A stretch of 62,591 nucleotides of DNA, counting the filler, from Stramenopiles sp. TOSAG23-3 (taxonomy: Eukaryota), in the NCBI GenBank assembly GCA_900128585.1. It is 4 parts of 4 records of this genome, joined end to end, with 100 filler letters (N's around TTAATTAATTAA, not from the genome) between each part and the next. Parts side by side here need not be neighbours in the genome. Positions count along the whole stretch, not along the records: positions 15,769 to 31,372 come from LT642516.1; positions 31,473 to 46,982 come from LT642518.1; 2 more parts are not named here. One strand, 5' to 3'. The position numbers and the translations under genes are program-made. Below, piece after piece: positions 23,735 to 35,545 of the stretch (positions within the stretch are counted from its first letter, which is position 1; every line of letters begins with the position of its first letter). The notes beneath the pieces were generated by a model, which was not told the origin of the DNA, ran no database searches, and saw nothing but the letters and a program-made list of their open reading frames with translations.

Positions 23735-25895
23735 CTTTAAACGTAACTTAGAATTGTTCGTAGGAATAAATTATAGTCTCCGAATCCCTTTCTTTCTCAC
23801 TGACAATCTGCCTGCGTCTCTCTTTTCTACCACTCCCGCACACACACACTTGTTACAATCTAAAGTTTCCTCCGTCTGCCCGTACCTTCCCTCCTTCAGT
23901 ACGCCTCCTCCATTTTTTTCTTTTTCTGTAGTTACTCTAGATAGTATTAATTATTATCAACGAAGATGTCAACTCACTCTTTAATTAGTAATTAAATAGG
24001 AAGTTAAAAATCCTCTTTTCTTCCTTTTCCCTCCCTCCCTTCTTCCTTTAGTAGTACTTAATGAAATGAATTACAGTATAATATATAAATAGGAAATAAA
24101 AGTAATAATATTATGTACTATTATTATATTGTATTACAAATGTATAGATTTATATTACATAAAGTATAATAATAATACAATTGTAACTACGTTGTATTAT
24201 CTACACAGCATTATTTTTTATATTTATTCTTATGATGTAACAATGGTAATTAAAGTATTCTATACGCACAGCATTGAATTATTAGTATTGTCCCTTCTAT
24301 TCTAATATACGATCTCCCTCCCCTCTTTTTTAAAATTCTAGTTTCGGTTGAAAGTCATTTGGATTCCTCAAAAATTAAGATTACATTGAATAGCACTTTT
24401 CTTAAATAATTAAGGATTTGTTGTTAATAATTTAAATACACTCAACTCAAACAGCAATTATACATTTAAATTGAGATATACAATTCGAGAAAATAACATA
24501 AGGATACTTTATTATAATACTTACTTAATCCTTAATATAATAATAAAAACATATACATATTTCATCATTTACAATTTCATGTTAATGACTCCTCTAACTA
24601 GAAGTAAAAGAATGGACAATAAAAGCAATATACATTATTATGTACCATTACCATAACCCTAATATTTGATCCTGGAATTTAAAGAACTCCATCCAGCACA
24701 GCGCAGCTAAGTATCAAAAGTTATAATGCAATTGGAACTCTTCTATATCTCTATTTCTCTATATTTTATTAGTGATTATTACATCATCTTTTAGTTTTAT
24801 TAATAGGGTATATAACTTAATAGAAGAATCCCTCCCTTCCTATCTCCTTTCTAGTCTTTTTCTATTTTCCCTATTTAATAATTAGCTATTTAAACTAAGC
24901 TACAAGTACAGTTAAAATAGATGACGACAATGTACACTATATAGTATGGACATAACTTTTACATTTTCATCTTTTTTTTTTTTTTACTCCTTCATCTTGT
25001 TCATACAATTATTAACTTAGTTAATTTGTTTATTCGTTTCTCTATGGAATAATGTACACACTTCACTCACTTATTTTACTTACTGTACCTTGTTTCTTTT
25101 TTGGAATTTCAGAAAGGAAGGATTAGGTAAGGTAGGTTTGGTAGGTTTGACAATTAAGGATATGTGTTTGTAGGGAGAATGGTCATGAGAAAGCTATTCT
25201 GTGTCTATCTATATAGAGATTTAGATTAAATCACTTATTCACCTTTAATTATAACTAAAAATAGAATTAAAAAGTGATAAAGTATACCTATTTATATACA
25301 CATAACATATATACTATTTATAAATACATATCCTTAATTGTAAGTGGATTATTTTCTCACTTTCCAGTTCTAAGTTAGGAAGTTAGGAAGGAAGGAAGGA
25401 AGGAATTGATTTTTATTATTATTATTTCAAGATAAAAAAAAAGGGGGGAGGAGGTCTTAGTGCATAGAAGGCATTTACAATTAATTGTAAAAAGAGTTTA
25501 AAGTATACAATTGTATAAGACCCCCTTCCCTATCCAAATACATACTATTTATAAATAATATAGAAATAGTATGAAGAACTATACTATTTAAATAATTATA
25601 AGAGAATATAGATGATATTTACATAAATATAGAGAAGAAGTAAATGGTAAAAGAAAGTATAAGAAAAAGAGAAGAAAAAACAATAAGAGTAAGTTGTTTT
25701 GTATGAACGGAAGGAATCGGAGAAAGAGAAAAAGGAAGGAAAGGTAGTGGTTCTGTTCCTTGCGTAAGAGTTTGTGTGTGCGTTTAGAAATTCCCATATA
25801 CGTGTGTAGGTTTTTTTTGTTGTTGTTATTGAGATAATTGGTTTGTCGATAGTCAGTTTCTTGTAGAATAAAAAACACATACGATAGTGTAGACG

Positions 25896-28800
25896 ATGAG
25901 TGTTCGGAATTTAGCGCTCCTTTTTTGTCTCTTTCTAGCGACAGTTGTTCTCGTCCATGGGATCGATTCGACGAAGCGATCGGGTGGGGAACATGCGAAC
26001 GGGGGAAAAGTTTTGGCCCCAAGTGTAGTTGCTACTGCAGCGGTTGCAGACGACCTGCCCCGGGATATGAGAGAACCGAATCCAAACGATGGGAGTATGC
26101 TTGTGGACAACTCCGACCNNNNNNNNNNNNNNNNNNNNNNNNNNNNNNNNNNNNNNNNNNNNNNNNNNNNNNNNNNNNNNNNNNNNNNNNNNNNNNNNNN
26201 NNNNNNNNNNNNNNNNNNNNNNNNNNNNNNNNNNNNNNNCGTACTGCGGGTGGTGCCCTGGAGGCGAGGACGAGCGAGGCACCTGCATGGAAGGCAGTGG
26301 GGGAGGCCCAAGCGACGGGCAATGCGACAGCCAGTGGGCCCACTCCCCGGTGCGCAAAGGCACGAACTACAAGACTGCCTCGATGCTAGATGCAACCCAT
26401 AAAGCGTATTTGCGGGAAGTGTGCGAAAGCCCAGAAAAGAAAATTTCCTACGCAAAGCCGCCGCCTGATAACTCAAAGCCACCGGGCGTAAAGAAGCCTG
26501 AAATACTGAGCATTTCGCCCCGCTTTGGCCCGAACTTTGGGTCCACGGTGGTTACGATAACGGGGTTGTGGTACGGCTACGTTGCAAATAACCAGACAGT
26601 CTACCTAGGCGATCGTCCGTGCAAGACGACCACGTGGAGATCGGAGAGTGTCCTCGAATGCGTGACTCCGCCAGCAACGAAAATGCACGAGCGTGAGCTC
26701 GTCCAGGTGTACGTAGAAAATGATGGTCTTTTCAGCGGCGAAGGTGCTGATGCACACTCGGCAACGTTCGAATTTAGACCAATGCGAATCGACTCCATTT
26801 CCGCCTTGTCGGGCCCAACGGAGGGGGGAACCATAATGAACATCAAAGGGGAAAACTTTGGCTACAAAGACCATTCCCCGGAAGTCACCGTCGGGGGGTT
26901 TCCGTGTCTTGGCATTCAATGGATGTCCTCGACGGAGATCCAGTGCGCGTCGCCCGCTGGTGCCGGCGATGCCAACGTGGTAGTTCTCGAAGTGCTTGGC
27001 GTGGCTTCTTTCAACAGAAAGTTTACCTTTGTCTACGACCTGCCAGTAATTTTGGGAATCTCAGCTGACACGAGTCCCACCATTGGAAACCGAACTTTTA
27101 CCATTCAGGGGAAGAATTTTGGAACTGCCCTGTCGCGCCCGGTCGTTACCATCGGTGGGGTGCCGTGCATGTTCCAAAACCGAATTTCCCACAGCGAAAT
27201 GACCTGCTCGACCCCACCAAACGTTGGGCGAAACAAAAGGGTCGTCGTCGCGGTGGGCCACCGCTTTAGCGAGGAAGTCGGCTTCGTTATCCACTACAAC
27301 CCGCCTGTGATTGCGTCCATATCGCCCGTCCATGGAACTACCCCAGGAGGCTACTTGATTTCGATTGTTGGTTCCGACTTTGGCACGGGCGCCTACAGTC
27401 CGTTGATGACGTTTAGACCAGATACGTGGCTTTTGGACGTTTTGGGCAAAGCAGCAGCAACATACACCCCGTTCTCGAATCCGGCGTGGGGGTCGTGGGC
27501 GAACACGACCGGTGCTGCCGGCGTCGCACAGGCGCACCACAACACCAGTGTGTACAAGCTTTTGCCCCGAAAATCAGCCATTGAGACTCTGAATGCCTCT
27601 GCAGATGAGCTTAATGTTTCTGCAATCTTGAATGAAACTAATCAGACCCTGCTTCAGGACGATACCGTCAAGACGGAAGTCAAGGAGGTCGTTCGTTCCG
27701 GTGCGGAGGGAAGCCCCGTGGGCGTGCTCCAAGCCGTTGCCCGAGCCGCGGTCAAAATGACAGCGAAAGATGGTAGCGAATCAAGCAATCGTGATGGGAA
27801 GAAAGACATCACAGGGATGATAGCAGCAGCTGTCGGGGCCTTGCAGGGCGTCAAGAACAAGCAAAAGGATGGTGCTACGGTCGATTCTCGGTTGGTTGCA
27901 GACACGGTCGGTCAGACCGTTGGTGGTGGCGGGTACGGCGACGGGAATGGGGGAGTCAAGAACGGGCAACGAAGGCGTTTGCTGGCGATGGAGAAGAGCG
28001 TGAAACAATCTCCAAAATTCCATCGTCTGCATTCCGTACTTCAGCACGTCGAACAGAGCGCCCCGACGAGTCATTACGCTCGTCTCGCTAAAGCACTAAT
28101 TTTTATGCAAATGGATGCCGCGAGTGGCGGAGAAGGCGGGTACGGGGCCGCGGCTCCAAACGCAGGGGGGTACGGGGCCGCGGCGCCAAACGCGGGGGGG
28201 TACGGGGCAGCAAGTGAAGTCGAAGAAGAGGCTACCAACCGCACCAAAAACGTTAGTACTGAATTGCAGCCGCAAATTGCTACCGTTTCAAATGTCACGA
28301 ACAAAACGCAAGCAATTCCTGCCAATATTGTTCCCGTGGAATCTACCGAGGAGTTCTCGAAAGTTTGCCCGATCGGCCAAGGGCAGGATTATACGGCTGC
28401 CGGCCTTGAATGCATTGAAGTGCTTGTTGGCGGGCGCCCCTGTGTTGCTGTCAAGATGCTTTCGGACGATAACTTGGTTTGCACGGCTCCCGATTACATT
28501 GGTGCGAATCACTCAGTTGTTGTCGTTGCTGGGAACCAATCCTCCATGCTTGTGTCTCCTGCTGAACGCTTACGCAAATTGATGGAACTTCCAAGCAACG
28601 TCAAGAAAGTTACGGACGTTCGCTTTAGTTTCGACCCTCCTGTCGTAACACACATGTATCCCGACGTAGGTCCCACAAGTGGAAATATCACGGTCACCTT
28701 CAAAGGGTTTAACTTTGGAACCCGGGATTGGAGGAAGGACTTCGGCGATGCAACGCTGGGAATCACTGTTGGTGGGCAGCCATGCCTTGCTTCTCAATGG

Positions 28801-31372
28801 GTCGACGATAGTACCGTAGAGTGCCTGGTTCCTCCGGGCTCCGGAACGAAGCATAAGGTATTTCTCACCGTTGCGGGGCAAACTTACCCTCCTGAAGGTG
28901 TAGAGCCTTTGTTGTTTAGCTACCAAGGCCCTGAAGTTATAAGCGTATTTCCAGCGCATGGATCCACCGAAGGTATGTACGACCTGGTACTAACCGGTCG
29001 AAACTTTGGAACCACGTACCACTTGCCAAATGTTTTTGTCGATGGTGTTCCATGCACGTCTGTGAAGTGGGTGTCAAACACGGTCATCAAGTGCCTTGCG
29101 CCGGCAGGGCACGGAAAAGACAAAAGTGTCGTGGTATGGACCGGAGACCAACACAGTCGACTTGACAACACTGATTTTAGTTACGACAGTCCTATCGTAG
29201 AGAGCATCACGCCCGCTAAATGCCCAACGTATGGAGGCTGTAAAGTCACCATCAAAGGACGCAATTTTGGCCACGAGCAAGGCCAGCATATGCAAGTCAA
29301 GGTTGGAAACTATTTGTGCAAAACACTTGGCAGAGGAGACCAACCGCTTTGGTTGAACCAACGCACGCTAGAATGTTTTGTTGAGCCTGGTGTAGGAGGG
29401 AAACTGAATGTGCAAGTCACTATCAGCGGATTGGTCTCTGTTCCTAATGACTATTTCAGTTACGATCTACCGACTGTGAACTCAATATTACCACGGCATG
29501 GTACTTGCGAGGGGGGGGCAATTGTCAACATTACAGGGACAAATTTTGGAACCTTCGACTCTGCCCCTACTGTTTTTATCAAAGGAAAGAAATGCCAATG
29601 GACTCAATGGATATCAGACAATAAGCTTGTATGCAAAACTCCATCCGGTTATGGATCTGATGTCAAAACGACGGTTCAAGTGGCCAACCAGTATTCTGCA
29701 GACACGCTGCTTAAACAAGAGGCGCACTTTGAGTACGATCCCCCTGAAATCCATTCTGTATCTGCCCATAATGGACCTGCCATCGGTGGTGCCAGTCTGT
29801 ATTTGACGGGTGTTAACTTTGCTCCAGACGCCCAGGTGGTGTTTAACGATATGGAAGCCGTCGGAAGTAAATACGTGCCGTGCAAGAGCACCAAATGGAT
29901 ATCCTACGAAGAACTTCTTTGTTCGACTCCCGGGGGCATTTCGGTAAACCATACTATTCACATCGTTTCTGGTGGAAAAAGATTCTTCCAAACCAAAGTC
30001 GCTGGTGCTAGGTTTATCCAAGAGTGTGGAGAACCAGAAATTCCTAAGGACGGGTCCATGGATGGAACTAACCGTAAAGAAGGCGGTCGTGTAGTTTACA
30101 CTTGCAAAACCGGATATACACTAGTTGGAGATGCTGTGCGCGAATGTAAAAGAGGGAAATGGACTGGGTTTTTGCCCATCTGCAACCCTCCACCGACCAA
30201 AAAACCAACTGCAATGTATTTTGAAACAGATCGGAGTGGTCAGCAAAACGAATCCAAGTATGATGTGGCGCCTGAAAAGGAGCCCGGGTACGATGAATTG
30301 AATGTGGCACAAAAAATTGCCAAAGCTGGCATTGAGAAACAAGAATCTGACAAGCAGCTTTTGGCAAAAAAATCGCACCATGAAGAGGAAGTGAAAGCAG
30401 CAGAAAAGGATGCGGAAGCCGCCAACAAGCGGGTTGAGCGTGCAAAGCAGGCAATGGACCTGGCGGTCAAGGATAACGATAAGATTCAAGAGAAGCTTAC
30501 TAACTTTACCGAGACAGCTCGTCTGAAAATGGAAGAAGACTTCAAGAAAAGGTCTGAAGAAGCCAAAAAGGACGAAGAAAAGTTGCGAGCCGCGAAAAAG
30601 AAAAGAAATTCGGAAAGTCAGCCAGCTAACAGTGCACAACCAGAAAACTTGGGAGAACCAGATTTGAAACCCGCCGAAGCTAGTGTCGAGGAAAAACGTG
30701 CTGCGATTTTATCGGGAGTCGAATCAAATGCGCGCCAGTTGGCAGGTGATTACACGATAATTGACAAAGGTACAAAAACCGTTGCGACTCTCACTGCAGA
30801 CTTGAAGAATGCCGAAAAGCTTCTTTCCGACCTGAAAGCGAAGAGCGCTAGCAGCTCCTCCATTTACGAAGCCGAAAATACCCTACGCAAAACGAAATAC
30901 GATAAAAACGAAGGAGAACTTAGGATCAAACAAGCAGAAACGGACGCTAAGGCGATTGAAAAGAAAGCCCGTGAGGACTTGCCGTATGTAAAACGCCAAG
31001 GAGACGCAATGTTCTTGAGAGGTGACTTGGTCCCTATCCTCTTCGCGCCTTCCGGCCAGTTGAAACCAAACCGTTACGAAATTTTTAATGTACGCAAATA
31101 CAGCCCTGACAGCGATAGCTCGGAAGGGTCCCTATTGTTTTCTGAAGCGGAAGGTGCATGCAAAGCCTTTGGCTCCTCAGTAGCTTTTCCTTCGATGATG
31201 GGCGCAGCTCGAATTGCTGGTTACCATCGTTGTTCGCCGGCATGGGTAGCAAATGGCGATGCTTACACCGTCACACGCGTTGCCAGGCGCGGCGGGCAAA
31301 ATGAAAGCGTGTTTTCTATAAACATAATGATATTGATAAACAAAAATATAACTCTAAATTTTTTAAAAACTC
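25896..31372 (+). CDS. Secreted PSI + IPT/TIG-repeat + Sushi + coiled-coil + Link-like protein (internal N gap; 3' end open at spacer)
   Basis: Signal peptide at 25896; YCGWC PSI motif after the gap; repeated P.I..I.P..GP..GG..I.I.G.NFG IPT units; CCP module CGEPEIP...YTC..GY.L.G...REC..GKW...P.C; frames differ across the 26119-26239 gap. Confidence 0.85.
26119..26239. other. Scaffold N gap inside the IPT gene
   Basis: 121 Ns; length is not frame-consistent with the flanking ORFs. Confidence 0.9.
28135..28210 (+). repeat. 30-nt coding tandem repeat (GGYGAAAPNA x2.5)
   Basis: gggtacggggccgcggc(t/g)ccaaacgc repeated. Confidence 0.9.
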
Positions 31373-31472
31373 NNNNNNNNNNNNNNNNNNNNNNNNNNNN
31401 NNNNNNNNNNNNNNNNTTAATTAATTAANNNNNNNNNNNNNNNNNNNNNNNNNNNNNNNNNNNNNNNNNNNN
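31373..31472. other. Artificial contig spacer
   Basis: N44-TTAATTAATTAA-N44. Confidence 0.95.
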
Positions 31473-31841
31473 TTCCTTTACAATGATTGCTTTCTCCGCA
31501 CCACGTCTTATTGCGTGCGGGCGAGACGCTGGTGTTGTACCGTTTAGTCTTAGCGGTTGGACCCTCGCTGGTGTTGTATGGGATAACTGGGGCGTTTGTG
31601 CAACCGCGATGCGATTTACCGCCTTTATAGAGCTAGGTTTTGCAGGAGGCTGAGGTGCCGACAGCGACGCCAGGTTTTCCCGCATACTGATATCACATGG
31701 GCGGTTAGAGTCACGAAAACCACTTTCCCTAGAACGTCTGGGGCTTACCTCATTTTCGACAAATACTGATGGTCCTGCGAACCAACACAACAAGGTTTTC
31801 ACCGCAAACCCTAGTAAAAACGCAACAAATAAACGAAACAT
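31473..31841 (-). CDS. 5' fragment of a signal-anchored/secreted protein, truncated by spacer
   Basis: ATG at 31841, hydrophobic N-terminus (FRLFVAFLLGFAVKTLLCWF), Pro/Ala/Thr-rich stem, ORF open to the gap. Confidence 0.55.
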
Positions 31842-32908
31842 TTTCACCCTAAAAGACTGCTCTTAACCTACTCTCTGTGTTGTGTCAGTCTGGTCTCTAC
31901 TTTTAGTTTTCAATAAGGAGAAGACAAGATGAGTACTTTCACGAGTAAATTAGACGCCCTTTTTGTTTTGTTGTTTAACGTCGTGTCGTAGTAGTAAGTC
32001 ACTCACACAATCGAAAAATAAAAAATAATACTACATGAATATTTGGATTTACAGTACTGTCTCTATACTATATGTAATTATGAAATTGCTGCACCACCAA
32101 GAATCCTATTTACACCGTATACCGTTGGCGAAATTGGTGCACCAAGAGATACATCACGTAGCATAGAAAATAATAGAAAATCTGAATATTTCACTAAAAA
32201 AACAAAAAGTAAAATAAAAAACTTTAAAATACAAAGAAGCCCATTCTTCTTAAATTTGATTCTATTACTAGCCTATTAAATACAGACTACAGTACAGTAT
32301 TCTACAATACAATAAATAATTTAAAAAATTTATACTTTTCTTCTTCTTTCTTTTTCTTTTTCTTCTTCTGTTCTTCTCTCTTTTTTTATTATTGTATTAC
32401 ACTGTGAGAATCGGAAAGTTCGAGTCTACGGATGCTGGAAAGTTCGTGAAGGAATTCGCAAGAATTCTCAGGACACGACACATTTCAAGTTCTTAGTTTT
32501 CTAGCATCTACAGAGCAGGCGAAATGCGAAGGATGGAGGAAGAGCTGGAAAGTAAGTCCGACAACAGGCTTGTAGCATGAAGATCTGAAGTCTTCCGAAA
32601 CATCAAGATAAAAATCATGATGAGAGAGGAAGAAATAATAGTACAGGTACGTACCGTACCGGTACCTGTACCGATCGAGCGTTCCCGAAATTATCGGGAA
32701 TGTCGGAGAGAGAGTTTCTAGAGTTCAAATCTCATAAGTCTTATACTTTTCTGTGCTACAGTTCTATTGTATACTTATACGTCTTTACAGAAATCACAAC
32801 ACGTAATAAAAAAAAATAACAGTCAAGTCTTCTAGTAGTAGAGTGACTAATAAACAAATCAACGAAATAAAAACGAAGAGTCCCTACATTTTATTCTTTT
32901 GTTCGTGC

Positions 32909-35343
32909 ATGGTAAAGCATCGTCTGTTGCAAACTAAAGCTGGCGCCTGTTCCTATTTCGTTGACTTTTACGCAGGGCCAGGATGGACAGTTCGTGGCCC
33001 CCCTTCAACGGTGTATAAAGCTGGGGAGTTGCACCGTAAACACCCCCTGTTAAGAACCTGGCGGAAACACTTCGTAGTACTTGATCAGTTTTCTATGAGA
33101 TATTTTGAAGACCAGCAGTCGTTTGTCGCGGAAAAGAGGGCGCTTGGACCAATACCTGTAAATGGCACCGTTGTCTTCGATGGTGGAAATAGGGCTACCA
33201 TAGGGTCCCCAGATTCATGTAGTTGTGGACCAGAAGCACGATCAACGTTTTGATAGGCGTTTGACCTGCTTTAGCCACCCAAACAAAATCACAGCAATCA
33301 GTTGGATGCTAGCGCTGCAAAACTTGATGAGTAAGCGCTCAAGTATATCCAAGCCTCCCCCGAATTATGAGGGCCCAGCTCCAGCAGCTAGGGCGACGTC
33401 CCTCTCCTCTCCGCCCGGCCTGGATTCTGCTGCGAAAGCGCACAGGTATGCCCGCGAAGGAAGTTTATCGGGATCGAACGATGCGCCTGGTGAGAAATTT
33501 GGGAAGATGATTTTGAATGGACGAAATTCGTCAAGGTGGTTAGAGAAGATTATGCCCGAAGAGCCGTTGCTCTTTTCTGACGCCGTACAGACGCTTCCGC
33601 GGGAGTGTAAAAGTCAGGTAATGCGTTTGGTTGAGTCTCAAAGGAAAAATGTGCGAAGAAGGAATAAGCTTTAGGATGTGCAAGCCCCAACCAATTGGGT
33701 ATTATTGTGCAACGTGGACGGCATCAAAGCGTACGAAAGTGAACGCACCGGTAGCAAGCCAGCGTTCCAAACTGTTTGTGCAGTGCCAGCACGCCCAAAG
33801 GCCGTCGCAGCGATTATCGACGACCCAAAGACACGCCCGGCATGGGACATTGGCTTTCCCATTGCAAATATTGTGGACGATGTGGGACCATCAACAAAAA
33901 TATTGCATCTGCACGGCGAAATAAAATGGGACGGTGTTTCTGCATGTGGTGTTGGTGTCTTTCGAGATGTTGTCGCGCAGGCGCTGAAATCTCGTTCGAT
34001 AAAAATACGAAAGAGGGGTTTGGCCCTTCAGAAGCATTCCTAGTTTGCATTTTCTTCGTTTTAATGACACCAGTAGTAATCCGGGAAGTAGTAGCTCTGT
34101 CTCCGTTTCGGAATGATTATGCTTCAAACCTGAAGCCAATGGTGCTGCACATAGTTGGGGCCGTCCTTGGGGGGACAATCATTGGGGTTAGTGTGGGGAA
34201 CATCACTATTGCCGAGCAATCGATCGATAGTGTGAGATGTTCCAAAATGGAAGATTGCGCGCGAGCAAAAGATCTGGGGGGGGGTGCTTCATTTCGCTAG
34301 TTAGTAAGGGGCAATGGCCAGTGTCGCAAGTAACTTATGTCGTCAATACCGATTTTTGTTGAAGTGCAAATTTTCCGGAGTTGAATGTAGCACGGCAAAT
34401 ACAAAGGATAAAGGTAATAATAGCCCTCCGAAAACTTGTTCGTCAGACCGTCCAGTTGGTAACGTACAGGGAAAGTCCTACATGGGATGCATCTGGGCAA
34501 ATTCTACGCCCCTTGTACATTCTCGAACGGCCCATGGGCGATTGTGAAAATGCGTCTCGGTCACCTGTGATCAATTGCGTTGGGTTTCAAAGATATTGGT
34601 GCAGGGCTACCCATCGAAGTTGCTGGTTGCCCTCTCCATTACAATTTGAAGCGCAGACCGTCTCGAAGTTTAAGCCATGTCTGTGGAAGTGAGAATACTA
34701 GAAACAGCGCAGATGAAGTGGATGGGTTGGCATCATCACCTCGATTTCAGGCGTGGGACCCGGAAGAGTGGATGGGAGGCATGACACGGGTCCCTACGGG
34801 AGGTCTCAAGGGTATACAACATGAAAAACTCGACTCGTCTCGAAAAGGCTGTTAGTCGATGTGTTATCCGACCTGATCCAACACCGTAGATACCAAATGC
34901 GTTAACAAACATTTTGTAAAATTCCGATTTAATTAAGATAACTTGGGTTAATAACTTTAACATTTTAAAAATTACGAACACCAGTACTTTTTGAAATGAT
35001 AACAGCATATCACGTAAACCAATTCTAATTTAAAAACAAAATTAATTGCTCGCCTCTCCGCTTCGGTTTGAGCCGGCTTGCTCACATGCTCTCTACCAAC
35101 CTGAACTACTGTCCCCCGCCACCCCAACCCACAAATGACAACCTCTTGTCTGATTTAAAAGACATACAAAGAGCACCTCTAAAACATTTACGCCGCTGCT
35201 TGGAAAATCACACAAGGTTAGAGTTATCTATGAGTGAGACATCGGACGAGGAAGTTGACGACGGGCCATTTGAAAGCATTGCTAATCCACCTACCGATTT
35301 GGATCAAGCATGGAGTACATCGGAGAATGATAGTCAAGACTAA
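32909..35343 (+). pseudogene. Disrupted PH + START-like lipid-binding gene
   Basis: PH motif (VYKAGELHRK...TWRKHFVVL...YFED...SWMLALQ) split by a frameshift near 33210; in-frame TAG at 33672; START-like segment (WVLL...DGIKAY...RPAWD); further frameshifts and stops to 35343. Confidence 0.7.
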
Positions 35344-35365
35344 ATGACAAGGGTGTATTGATTAG

Positions 35366-35513
35366 AATGGGCAAAAGCAGCAAATTCATTTTTTCGCGGT
35401 AAATGAGGAAGATAATTTTTCGTTATTAGTACTTAAATAACGCCAGTTTTTTGTTTTTTTATATTAACGCCAATTTTTTGTTTACTTAAATAACAGCCAA
35501 TTTTCTTGTTTTT
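35366..35513 (+). repeat. Convergent-intergenic repeat: long form plus tandem cores
   Basis: aatgg...attcattttttcgcggtaaatgaggaag followed by three taac(a)gcca(a/g)tttt..tgttt units. Confidence 0.85.
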
Positions 35514-35545
35514 ATTTTATAATTGAGAAACCTGAGTTAAAATTT

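Noticed and set aside
33672-33674. Stop-codon reassignment (TAG read as Gln)
   Set aside because: Conserved genes in the window end properly at TAG, TAA and TGA, and this locus also has frameshifts
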